64,000 bases of DNA from the human T2T-CHM13v2.0 reference genome, Homo sapiens. Shown here one piece after another: positions 15,401-28,300 of this stretch; within the stretch, counting starts at the first letter, position 1, and each line of letters begins with the position of its first letter. Under the pieces are notes generated by a model, which was not told where the DNA came from, ran no database searches, and worked only from the letters and a program-made list of their open reading frames with translations. The stretch lies in NCBI RefSeq assembly GCF_009914755.1, contig NC_060941.1. One strand, 5' to 3'. The translations under genes and the position numbers were made by a program.

Positions 15401-16142
15401 GTGAAATCTCTTTTTAATTGTTTCAAGTAAAGACATTTGTCATTGTCTCTGTACCATATTGTGCTTCTTCTACAGACTCTTAAAATTCATGTATGTCAAT
15501 CTTATTGCTCAGAATCACAAAAGTAAAGATTCAAGCTCCTTGATATCTGTCTAATATATAAATTCTTTCTTTCACTTATCCATGTTCTGGAGACTTTGAG
15601 AGTCATCTAGTCCAAAAATAAGAAGGCAAAATTCAGAATCTCTGGAAAATGGTGCCCCCAGGTTTCTAAATGACTACTGACTGTGTCCAAAATCTGCTAC
15701 AGTTAAAACAAGCCATTCATCTCTGAATCTTTATTTTAAAATCCCATACCTATTGTATAAAATGCTTGGTTATCAAATTTGTTAGTTATATGTTTATTTG
15801 CAAGAGAGTTCTTCCCAACTTCACCGTGTCCAAGTAGAATTGCTTTTAAAAGTGTTATCTTTCTCAGCTCTGCTGATCACAAGCTATTTGACGTCAGATC
15901 TCTTGACTTCAGTTTAGGCATCATCATTACCCCCTGACCTCCTGCAGCTCTGAGGAAGACACAGGACATTCTCTAGCTTGGTCCATCTTGATGAGACTAC
16001 TGAATGTAAAAGGGTTGGGATTGGGACAGAGAGGGCAAGTCCATTTCAAAGTTTTGATTGAGGAAAAATCTTTTGGTTGGATCGTAATTTTACCTTTCAA
16101 AAACAGACAATAGTAAAAAGATAGGACTATGGAAGAGAACAT

Positions 16143-16203
16143 ACACACACATGCACACAGACACACACACACACACACACACACACACCCACACACACAC
16201 ACA
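16143..16203. repeat. Interrupted (CA)n microsatellite
   Basis: Direct inspection. Confidence 0.95.
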
Positions 16204-16204
16204 G

Positions 16205-16420
16205 AGCTATGGAGGCAGAATTGCCTAGCAGGAATAATGGTAGTTTTGAAATTAAATTATATAAAGACCTGGGTTTAAATGCTAAGCTCAAAATTATATC
16301 AAGTGATTTTAGGTAAGATAGCTAACATTTCTTAGCTTCAGTTTCCCCTTGGAAAACCATAGATATTAACTATCTATGGAACTGATTCCTGGTTCATAGC
16401 AGCCATGCATCAAATGGTAC
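16205..16420 (+). mobile_element. MIR fragment
   Basis: agacctgggtttaaatgctaagctc...aggtaagatagctaacatttcttagcttcagtttcccc MIR core. Confidence 0.6.
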
Positions 16421-16693
16421 CTACTAGAGTTCTAGGAAAGAAAACAAAGAGTTGAGAAAGTGATTATACCTTGAATTTTAGTCAAAGCAGAGTGAAAAGG
16501 TTAGCTAGAGTTTTCCTCTGTGTAATATACTGAGAACAGGATTCATGTGTTAGTAATTTATTCTACACTAATAGGTACTGATTATTCAGGGAAAAAAACA
16601 TGAAATATAATACATATGTGTGTATATACTGCATATATATATATAAAAAATACTTATTATGTAATATGCGTGCACATGGCGAGCACGATACTC

Positions 16694-16711
16694 CCCTGCC
16701 ATCTTGTGGTA
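16694..16711 (-). promoter_or_regulatory. Candidate CTCF motif
   Basis: Reverse strand reads ACCACAAGATGGCAG, close to the CTCF core CCASYAGRKGGCRS; motif match only. Confidence 0.35.
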
Positions 16712-16944
16712 GCACAGCTATATTATATTTTCAAGTGTAATGAATTTTATTCTAATGCCATGGGTTCATGGCAAATAAATAAAACAAATTAATTTAAAAA
16801 CACACACACACATGGAGAGAAAGAGAGAGAAGAGTTTTTTTTATCAGCATACACATTTTTCAACAACTTTGATGATTTTGTTTTGCAAATAAATGGATGC
16901 AATTTTATTTTTGCAGGAAGAAACTCATTAATTGATTATTTCCA

Positions 16945-17385
16945 CCTTTTATTGAGTGCTTTCCATGTATGGGCCTGTGTCAGGTCCTGGAGGCACATGG
17001 CTTAATAAGAATATATTGTTTGTCCTCAAGGTAGAACTGATGATGAATGCTATTACAATGTTGGAGCCATGACTGAGAGATGCTCTAGAAATCCTTTGGC
17101 TGAACCACCTAGCTCAGAGTGGTGCATTGAGAGATACTTACAAAAAAAGAAAACACTATGGTTGCGTATTAAAAGGGTGGTAGAAATTAGTCAAATAGAG
17201 TAAAACTTTGGGGAGTAGAGTGGTAGAAGAAGTGGAATCAAGGCAGAGGGAATATGATGATTGAGATAAGGAGTAAAAATTTCATTTCAATTCCTAATGG
17301 ACTCACCACTGATTTGCCAGGTATCCTGCTAGGTGCTGGGATGCCAGAGTAGACAAGGCAGATATTGTCCCTGGCTCTCTTCAGG
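16945..17385 (-). mobile_element. L2 fragments
   Basis: ttattgagtgctttccatgtatgggcctgtgtcaggtcctggag and tgccaggtatcctgctaggtgctgggatg are typical reversed L2 3' ends. Confidence 0.55.
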
Positions 17386-17864
17386 ATCTTTTTTTCCTCT
17401 TCCCCTTCTCAAAATCTATGAACTAAAAGGGAAGGGTTTCTATTCTTGGGCACACCTGTTTTATTCTTTGTTTCTTGACTATCATCAGGTTTTTTACAGC
17501 AAGTATGCTCTGTTAATGAATATTTTTGACTATGTTGTAACATGAAAGTTGCATTTCACAAGGGAAGTGATACAAATGTGAGGAACTTAATGAAAAGAAG
17601 TAGTAGATCATGCTAAAACAAAGGGATTTGCCCTGATATTGAAGGTTGGAAAAGTCAAACGTGACCGCCATGACAAAGTGGCATTTAATATAAAGAATGA
17701 AGTAAGAATGAGACTTAACCAGGTAGGGGGAAAGATTAATGGCTGAGAGAAAGAACTTTTGCTGCACTGGGAACAGTGTGAAGCCCAGCACCAGGCACCA
17801 TCTTTTCCTCTGAAAAACAGAAGGGAGTTTTATGTAGATAGACAGTAAAGTAGAGTAGTTATTA

Positions 17865-18390
17865 AATGAGGCCAGGGCCACTATCCAAGATATTAACAAT
17901 CTAATCCTGGAAACTGTGAATACACTACATGACAAAAGATAATTGAGGATGCAGATGGAATAAGATTGCTAATCCTCTGACTACAATGGGGAAATGACCC
18001 TGGACTGTCGAGGTGGGTTCAGTGAAACCACTTGAGGTCTTAGAAGTAGGAAAGGGAGGGAGAAGAACGAGTCAGAGGAATGAATTAGAAGAGGGAGGAG
18101 AGATTCCACAAATGACAGAGAACTGGCCCATGACTGTTGACTTTAAAGACAAATGCTGCGGTCAAGGGCCAAAGAATCCAGGTGGTCTCTGAAAGCTAGA
18201 AAAGACAAGAAAGTGAATTATCCTATGGAGCTTATAGAAAAGAATGCTGCCCTGTAGACACCTTGATGTTTACCACAGTGAGACTCCTATTGGGCTTCTG
18301 GCTTCAAGAACTATAAGATAATAAATTTTTGCTGTTTTAGACCAGTAAATTTGTGGTCATTTGTTATGACAGCAACAGAAAATTACTACA
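17865..18390 (+). mobile_element. MLT1D-type MaLR solo LTR
   Basis: ctaatcctggaaactgtgaatac...agaactataagataataaatttttgctgttttag...tttgttatgacagcaacagaaaattactaca. Confidence 0.8.
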
Positions 18391-18399
18391 TTAGATGTA

Positions 18400-19080
18400 T
18401 TGTCAGTGGTAGATTAGGGAAGCCCTCTAAGCTACGTTAAGGATTTTATTCCTTATGATCAAGCGGTCACTATTCCATAGCTCAGGAAGGAAAATGGCAT
18501 GTTTGCGTATGCAAAGATCACACCAACTGGTTTCACTGAGACTCAATGGGTGGGAGCAATAGTGGACCCAGGGGAACCTGGAAAAGGGGCTGTTGCAGTT
18601 GTTTGCTAATATGTGGTAGTGATGGCAGACTGGGGAAAAAAACAGACATATTCATTTCAGAGATACTTAGGTGGGAAAACTGATGATGTTTCCTACTTGA
18701 TGGATGGAAATGGTAAGACAAAGTTGGGACTTAATACCAAAAATGTGAGTTTTATTGTGCAAATTAAAAAATGAATTTTAAGAAAAGAAAATCAGAGATT
18801 GGCTCGTTAGATATATTATTCCATTACATAATGATGTCAGTGAGCCTTGGAATAGCAGTCAAAAATATTCAGTAACAGAACATACATTGCTTCCAAGACC
18901 TGATGATAGTCAAGAGACAAAGAATAGAACAGGTGTGTCAAAGAAAAGAAACCCTTCCCTTATTTTTCAGATTTTAAAAGGGGGGGAAGAGAAAGCACAA
19001 GATCCTGAAGACAGCCAAAAAATAAAGAAAAGAGAGGCTATGTCATAAAAGAGGGAGGAGGGGTGACTTCATTGAATAAA
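18400..19080 (-). mobile_element. L2 internal fragment
   Basis: ggattttattcc...aaagatcacacc... degenerate L2 sequence continuing the L2 interrupted by the MLT1. Confidence 0.45.
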
Positions 19081-19247
19081 TCGTTTTTAAATCTCTATTT
19101 CTCAGAAATGGGGCTAAATAGTGGGGATTAAATGTTACCAAGAGCAAGACACCTTGCCCTTAGATTCTATTTGGAAGGAAGACAAGCAAGTAACTGGGTA
19201 ATTTTCAAATGGTCCAGTAGACATATGTTGTCTTGCGCGATGCTCCT

Positions 19248-19575
19248 ACTGATGTTGAATATCTTTCCATATGCTATTGGCTAGTCAGAATCCCTCTGAC
19301 ATATCCTGCTCCCATTTTCTATTATTGTTTATTACCATTATACTAATTTATAAGAGCTTGTTGTATATTCATATACTATTCATTTGTCTATTAAATGTTT
19401 TGCAAATATTTTCTTCAATTTTAATTTTTCCATGCTAACATTGTTTACAGTATTTTTTCTTTTTTTTCTTCATGTATCCAAATCTGACTTAAACTTTAAA
19501 AACTTTATAATCAGGATAGTTTTACTTTATGTCTTTGATATTTTGGTTTTTTCTTAGGAAGTCCTTACTTGTCTT
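19248..19575 (-). mobile_element. Old L1M ORF2 fragment
   Basis: tgatgttgaatatctttccatatgctattggc...tttgcaaatattttcttc. Confidence 0.6.
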
Positions 19576-19874
<299 letters not shown>

Positions 19875-19904
19875 AATATATTCTTATAAATATATTCATC
19901 TATA

Positions 19905-20870
19905 GTTTTTTATTGATATCTGGTACTTGTACATATTTATGGGATACATGTGATATTTTGATAGATGAATACAATGTGTAATGATCAAATTGGGGTCATA
20001 ATTTTAGCATCTCTATTGATGTTTAATTAACATAAAGTGCACATATTTATTATGTACAATTTGATAAGTTTTAAAATAGATATCTACCTGTAAAACCATC
20101 ATCACAATCAAGAAGATAAACATATCTATCACCACAAAAGTTTTCTCAGGCTTCTTTGTAATCTCTTCCACCACCCTCCACACTTGTCTACAGAGAAGTG
20201 TCAATCTTTTTCTGTCACTAAAAGTTAGTTTGCATTTCTGGAAACTTATATAAATAGAAGCATGCAATATGCACCCTTTTATGTCTTTTACTAAGCACAA
20301 CTAAACTACTGAGATTTATCTGTCTTGTTGCGTGTATCAATACCTCATTCCTTTTCATTGTTTAGTAGTATTTCATCATATAGCTATAGCGCAAACTTTT
20401 TTTACCCAGACTTGTTTTGAACAGTTGTGTTGTTTCCACTTTTTGCCATTGCAAATAAAGCTGCTGTAAGCATTTGTGTATGGGCCTGGGTATAAACATG
20501 CTTTTAGTTTTCTCTGTTAACTATCTAGAAGTGGAGTGGCTGGACCATATGAAAGGAATATGTTTAACTGTTTAATAAACTGCCAAATTGTTTTCCAAAG
20601 CAATTGTAGCATTTTACATTCTGACCAGCATTTTATGAGGGTCCCGGTTTCTCCATGTCCTTTCCATTATTTATTATGATCAGTCTTTTCCATTGTAGCA
20701 AGTGTAATGCATGTGTAGTGGTATCCCATTGCAGTTTTAGTTTGCACTTCTCTAATGACTAACAGCGTTAAGTGTCTTTTTCCCCCTAGGTTTATCTGCC
20801 ATTGTGTATCTCTTTTTTGGTTAAGTATGTATTCAGATCTTTTCCCCATTCTTAATTACGTTATTTGTAG
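19905..20870 (-). mobile_element. L1MA 3'-end stub (19905-20000) followed by L1ME-type 3' end (20014-20870)
   Basis: gtacatatttatgggatacatgtgatattttg...; accatcatcacaatcaagaagataaacatatc...aaactgccaaattgttttccaaag. Confidence 0.75.
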
Positions 20871-21021
20871 AATCTGTTTCAAGACTGATGGCCATTGTAG
20901 TCAGTGATCATGTTTCTGAAAATCAATCAGGGAAGTCACCTATTTTTCAAAGTTAGATGGTGAGCAAAAGCCTTACTCCATGAACACATTTCTGAAAGCT
21001 GGCCAATCAACAATAAACTTA

Positions 21022-21309
<288 letters not shown>

Positions 21310-21929
21310 TCAGGGAAATGGTGCCTAAAAAACATAGTTCTCTCTTATTTAAGTAATAAATTCAGATTTTTTTCTAGGTGTTGAGTGGTATCCTCTCCCC
21401 TCAAAACCATGTAGTTTATCAAAAACTTGTTTTTATGTAGGTTTTGTGGTTTAGAAAAAGTCTGTTACTTCTTTTCTGAAAGAAATGAATTTTTTTCATC
21501 CATGTGTATTGATGAGTTCATCCTTTCTTCCCTTATTTAAATATCTCCTTTATCATAAACTAAATTACTAGATAATCTTAATTTTATCCAAAACACTTAG
21601 TCATAATTTTCTTTGCATTTCCATCTTTTTTTCCTACAAACGCAAGTGCTAGTTACCAAATGGTTCTACTTTTCTGACAGCAGAATCTCTTTACACATCT
21701 TGTATAACTCAAAAATCGAGTTATGTGATATAGTTAGAGGTAGTCAGTTTATTTAGTCTTACATCTGAATATTTCAAGTTTATCTATTTGATCATAAAAC
21801 AGGTTTTTTTAAATACTCTTGGGCTTTCTCATGAAAAGTAGTGACAGAACAAATGCATTGAAAAGAAGAAAGATAATGGTATAGACAGGTGTTTTCTTTC
21901 ATGTTCAATCAAAAGGTTTTTATTTTCAA

Positions 21930-22075
21930 CTCAGAATCTGTGAAGCTTCATGAGATCAGGGCTGTTGTATTTTTCTTTCTACATGCCTGGCAACTGGAGC
22001 AATGCCTTCCACGTGGTGTATATTAACTATTTATGGGATGAATGATGCAATTAATGAATGAGTGAAATAAATAAT
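21930..22075 (+). mobile_element. L2 3' end
   Basis: gaagcttcatgagatcaggg...tttatgggatgaatgatgcaattaatgaatgagtg. Confidence 0.6.
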
Positions 22076-22779
22076 TTTGTCTTTCTGTGTATATTTATGC
22101 TAAGCATATAACAGGGTAAAATTAAGAGGCGTTATTCTTATTTACAAGTAATTACAAAAGGGTGGGTTGGACAACTTAGTTTTTGTGAGTTAAATATAAA
22201 AGTAACAATGTATTCTCACTAGGTGAGAAATCATAATTTGCCAGACAAATGGTGTAGACTCTGAATACTTGGAAAGGTATAAGTCACTGGGGACTAAAGA
22301 GATTGAGTCTCCCTAAATACAGGCCTACATTTGGACACTGAAATGATGTTGATATATATATTTTAACATGTCATTCTGTCTTTTAATCTCCTTATATGTA
22401 ATACTTGTTTCCTTCTTCCTCCCATTCACCTTTTTCTTTAAGTAGCAGTTTGGTCACTTAGCGCTTGACTCATTCAAGCCGTTGAATGACAGCACCATGT
22501 TAGAGATGCCCAAAGGTCAACCAGAAAGAAACAAAGACGATTTTGTTCCTAGATTTATAGTTTTAAATGAACTCAGCATAGTTTTAGTCTATATTCTCAA
22601 ACATTGTCATTTCCCCAATATTCTTAAAATCTTTCAAACCTTGAAAGTCGGCACATAAGAATATAATGATTGTCTCATACCTACACATAGCGTATTCACT
22701 TTCTTGTTGATCATGTTATTGTTCTATTACTATCAAAATAATCATTGTGGAAAGGTATGAAAATCTGACACACTGAAAC

Positions 22780-23095
22780 AAATGAACCAGAAGAGATTAA
22801 GAAGACATCATAGAAAGTGCAATGTGCTAACTTGGACTGGATCCTGGAACAGAAAAGTGGAAAACTGGTGGAAAAGCTGGTGAAATACAAATGAGGTCTG
22901 AAAGTAGTCAATAGAAATATTTAATAGTAATGTAACCAAAGTCAAGTTCTTAGCTTTGACAAATGTTCCACAGTCAGGTAAGCTATTAGCATAAGTGGAA
23001 GCTGGATTATACTTATATGTGAACTCTGTTTTATTTCTGCAACTTTCCTGTAAATATAAAATTATTCTAAAAATAAAACGCTTATTAAAAACTAA
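22780..23095 (+). mobile_element. Old L1M (MC/ME-type) 3' end
   Basis: ggatcctggaacagaaaag...ttctgcaactttcctgtaaatataaaattattctaaaaataaaa. Confidence 0.7.
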
Positions 23096-25324
23096 ATATA
23101 AATATATTTTTCAGTAAGTATACTGAAGTGATTTCTAAATTAATTATATTATTATTACATCAAAAATGAGACTTTTACTCATCTTGTTTTGTTTACTGCG
23201 GGTAGCACATGGAAAATGCTCAAGTCACTGAATTATAGAGCACCAATGAATAATTTTCTTTAGTTTTCAATATGAGAAGAGTGTATTCTCCACTTCAGCC
23301 ACCAGGTGGAAGTATCAGCACATCAGTTAAAATCAGTTCTTCATTGGGAGGTTTAAAAACTACCCTTGGAAAACAAACAGTTTTTAATGTTATGATATGA
23401 TGTTATTATACACAGTAAGAGGAAGAATTCCCAGTATTATGATGAAAATCAAGAAAGATATAAATTGGCTGTGGACAGGACTCCAGGATACTGAGATATC
23501 CAGAAATAAAGTGAAAAAAAATTTTACCATTTATTTAAACATTTCCAGACATGGATATAAGTGCACATGGATAAAAGTTGAACAGGTAGCAACATCTGGA
23601 GACTTAACGGACATTTATCTTAGCCCAGACATAAGTGTAGCATGCAATGTCTGAAACTACCAAGGCATGGAAAGCTAAACTGATCAGTATGATGCTGTCA
23701 GTGCTTTCAGTATGGGTGATATTCAAAGTACAGGAGAACCATTTAGACTAAATGCTACCATTTAATGGCCCAATCTGCATTCTCCCTGCTACCATCTTGA
23801 TGACACTTTCTACCATTCAGGAAATGAAAGCACTTTCTAGTGTCACCCAGTGCAATATCTAATTAGGAAGGCAAATTATAAAAATAAAAATGGAACTGCA
23901 GTGTCTTTCTATCCAAAAACGAGGCTTGCTTTGTAGTTTCTAATCCATCAGTTTCTTTCCTTACTTTGAATAATCAGGCATTTGTTATGTCTAATTTTAT
24001 GTCAATCACATTCTCAACTCTCTGTATAAACTCTTTCAATAAAGATTGATACAGGTATGAGAAGAACCAGAATTTTTTCAAAAATATTATATTAGACACA
24101 ATTTAATATAAGGTGAAATCTATTGATTCAGTCACAGTTTGATCTGTTATTTTCACATACCACATTCTGTAAGATGCTCACAGGCTACTGAAATAAATAA
24201 TGATTTGCCTTTTTCCATTTTCTGAGTTATACAAGTTTTTAGAGATGTGTCTTGTGTAAAGTGCATCATTGCCTGCTTTTCAATTAAAAAGACTTTTGAG
24301 GCCTGAGAAATTAGACCAAAAAAGGATTAATCATAATAATCTTTTAAATAGAGAACACCTGCCATCAATATTTTAGAAAGTATCATTCTAAAACTAAAAC
24401 TTCTATTACTAAGAGATTATAATAACAGGCAACCCTACTTATTTCTAAGAATAGGGTCTACATGTTTTTACTTATTGGTCCACATATTCTCTGCAATTAA
24501 AACTTAGACAACATTTGAGTAATGTTGTCCATGTTGACTGATGACCACAGACACAGTGATGATATAAATCTTAAACAGATTCATTTGATTTCCTCATCAG
24601 TGATGAACTACAACATTCTCCTTCATGATTTCTTTTCTTATGTCCATACCTATCCATTTAATCTTAATTCTGGTTATTTGGAACAAAAATTCCAATAAGT
24701 GGCATTTTTCCAGGGCTCACATCTAATAGATCAAGACCTCTAGTGCTTTGATGCTTAGGTGTGGAAAGAGCTCTTTACCAGGAATGCCGGGCACTCTGAA
24801 TTAGTCCTGTCTGCTCAGAAGAACATTGCCTCTCCTTACCAATTTTCTAATTATAACGAACATACACAATTGTTAAAAATTCTTGCCAGCCTTTGGACAA
24901 TTACAAAACAGCATTTTTCATCAAAGGACACCTGGAGTATGACTTATAGGCACTTACAATCCAGAAAGATAAGGTAATCAAACTCTGGAAGAATTCTGCC
25001 AGCCGGGACCCTTTAGGTAGAAGGCAGTGAGGTAGACTTCCGTGGATCTACCAGGGCAACAAAAGAGAAGAGGCAGAGCCCTTCTGAGCTATTCAGCAGG
25101 GAGAAGACTGAGATGCTGAAAATGTGGCTAAAGACACAGTAGTACTGTGAGTCCTCAATATAACCCATATTTTTTTCCAACTTGTGTTAATCTAATACAT
25201 CTTTTGAATATAAAGGAAGAAAGTGTAAAATGCAGTTGGTGATTTGGTTGTTCTATTTTTGCTCTCTTTTCCTTTATACAACAGAAAATTTTGGTTATTC
25301 AATATTGTACTTAAAGGCATAAGG

Positions 25325-25440
25325 CATGTGTGTATGTATATATACACACATAAATATGTATTATATATTTACATATTACATGTATTATAATATATACATA
25401 TTATATATTATATATACATATTATATTTTAATATGTAAAA
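25325..25440. repeat. TA-rich low-complexity tract
   Basis: Degenerate (TA/TATTA)n. Confidence 0.85.
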
Positions 25441-28129
25441 TATTCTGTCATTTGTATTTACAAATATGTCAAGTTTGTTTTAGGATAGGCAAAATACTCT
25501 AATAAGTAAAAATTTCACCTTTTACTAGTAGTTTTGATGCTATATCCTTGGAATTTCAGGGTTTTCATAGAAAATGTTTTTTAAAGAAAAGAAAAAAATG
25601 GTAGAAATTTCATTGTCTTATTTTTTAAGGACCATTGCTTAATTACTTTTTTCTCAGTTCTGTTTATTTGCTCTTAAAACAAAAGAAACAACAAAAACTG
25701 ATGGCTTTCTCGGACAACAACAACATCCACAACAACAAAAAAAACACTAATCAGTTTCTCAAAAACTAAAGAGTAACTGATTATTCTAACTATTAACTAC
25801 CCGACCATTCAGGTCATTGTTCTTTTCTACAGTGTGTGTTTATCTCATGCTCATATATTGGTTTTTTAAGTGCAGTATACTATACTTAATCATTGTCTAA
25901 GATTCTTTGGAAATCTGTTTTTCTATTCAATTTATACTCCTAGTAGAAAATTTTTTGGGGAACAAAAAACTGAACCATCATAAGGCTAAATGAAACTCCT
26001 TGGAAGTAAATTGTTATTTGAGGTATCTAAATCAGAAATTTCTGTTCTTCAGTTTTATGTGTCTGGGGTATTGCTGTAAAGCACTGACCATTTCTTTGCT
26101 GGAACATAGTTTATACATAATGGAGAAGGAATAGGCCAAGGAGAGATGATGATGAATGTATGCTTTCCCCTGCAGAAATCCCTTTCAAAAAGAGTAATAC
26201 TAACAAAAACAAAGGCAAGTTGAAAATGTGGTGGACCTCACCCTCAGACCAGGTGAGCCTTCAGATTCTGCACCTCGCTGGCCGTGCATAAAGAAGGCTG
26301 GGACATCCCTGAATTCACAGTCAGGGTGGTCGTCTGTGTGCAGAACTGAAAGCAAACAAGAGTAAGCTATAGCCAGATGTGGGGGCTTTCAGGTTCACTG
26401 ACGGTTCCTGGGGTACTTGGAGTCAAAGCAGCTCACGCACGTTCCTGCTTTCCACCAGGAAACGTGGAGCCACGGAGGCCAAGGAAATCTGATCAGCTCC
26501 AGATCCCCAAGTTGGTCTTTTTACACCCCTAAAGACACCATGCTTGCTCCTTCTCCAAGACTCATAAGGAAATACAAATGACTTTGAAATATCAGCCACT
26601 GTTAACTGGATCAGATTCCTCCAGTAAATATGGTAAGCCAACAGATCTACCTTATGGCTCAAGATCCAGCAAAGCATCTCATAAAAGAATATTTCTATGC
26701 CCTCATCCATACATGTGTTTCTAGAGATATGTTATCAGTCCTTTCTACCAAGTAGACAGAATTTTTATCATTACATCTTTGAAATCATAGAAAATCCTTC
26801 TTCTCAGCGGCATCTAGTTTTACTTAATCCTGCTCTTCACCAAATTCTCAGTTCCAAAATTTTGATTTTTTTACTGACTTCTGTCATTTCCTTCTTTTGA
26901 TTTGACTTTCTTTGTCCTGAACCTCAAATCCCACCTGATACACAAAAACTATGAATTTAAAAGAGCATATTCATTGCCATAGTTTTGTGAAGTTAAATCA
27001 ACTTTGCATATGAATTGGCATAGGAAGATCACATTCCCTTCCATACGAATTTAGAGAAGGTATGAAAGTCAGCTCTGTTAGTTTCAGAGTGTTTGGTTCA
27101 ACCTTTGTGTGCTCAGTGTTCGGGGGTAAAGGGTCATCTGTCTCTTCTATGTTTTTTTCTAAGTTGGCCGAGTAATTTCATCTTTAGGTCTCCATTTCTA
27201 AAATTACATCCTGGGTTTGATAAGATTAAAAGATGAAGTGATTAATTATGGATTTATTTAACAATTGACTGATTTTTACAAATAGTTCACTTTTAAGTGG
27301 CTTTGAACTTATCTTTGAGCACCAAAAACTTTATTGGTGTTCTATATGTACTGGGCAAATGAAACCAAACTTCATTTTACCCCTATTGAAAGTCTGTTTA
27401 CTGAAGTCACTAAATCACCCCATTTCTGACCTCAGCTAGGGGTTCAAACTCTTTTTCACAGCCATTAACTTTTTCAGCGTTTCACCAAGCAGATGTGTGT
27501 TGTGTGGCTTAATCTTTTCCATACTAGATGATACAGCAGGCCTCCACCTGACGTGCGCTTTGATGCAGCATAAAAATCTCATTCATCATATCTGATTTGT
27601 CCTCTTTGTTGACATATGATTAATGTAAAATGGTTTTTGTTTTTTTTTTCAGAGAGAAGAGTCATGACTTTTGCTCAGTCATTAAAATAAGAGACACAAG
27701 GATTGGTATGGGGTATCCCTAGCAGAATTTATTCAAGGAAGCCTAATCAATATCCCCCATCTCACTATTTCTTCAGACACGTGCTAAGTTTACATATTCG
27801 AATCAAATTAACATATCAGAGTCACAAATTGGCAATGGTGTCAAAATACCTATCCTCACCATTCTAAATCATTTTTCACATTAAATATGTCAAGGGCTAT
27901 GTTTGCGTGCATAAGTCAAAAGAAGAGAAATAAAGCAATACATTAAGAAATTGGTGACATAAGCTTATTTATTTAGTTATTTATTTTTGCCTATTACTGG
28001 TAGAGAAAAATGTATTTAGTTTGCTCTATTACAGGTAGAGAAAAATTATATTTTGTTGTTCTGAGTGAAACCAGTGATAATCATTTTACCTCTTCTTTTA
28101 AGTAGTATAGAAGTCTAACATTTTCATTG

Positions 28130-28300
28130 CTTATTGCCAGAACTTAAGTGCTAAGATTTTTTCTATATTGTCTGATTTGATTCATACATATAATGTTGAG
28201 ATTCAAGAATTATTATCCCATTTACCAGATGAGGAAGTGGAGGTACAGAAGTTTTAGAAAAGGGAATTAGCCTCCGCTTCTATTCTATTAAGCCACTATA
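28130..28300 (-). mobile_element. MIR fragment
   Basis: ttattatcccatttaccagatgaggaagtggaggtacaga core. Confidence 0.65.

Noticed and set aside
17513-17935. 140-aa minus-strand ORF
   Set aside because: Hydrophobic, low-information translation of AT-rich DNA partly overlapping an MLT1; non-ATG start
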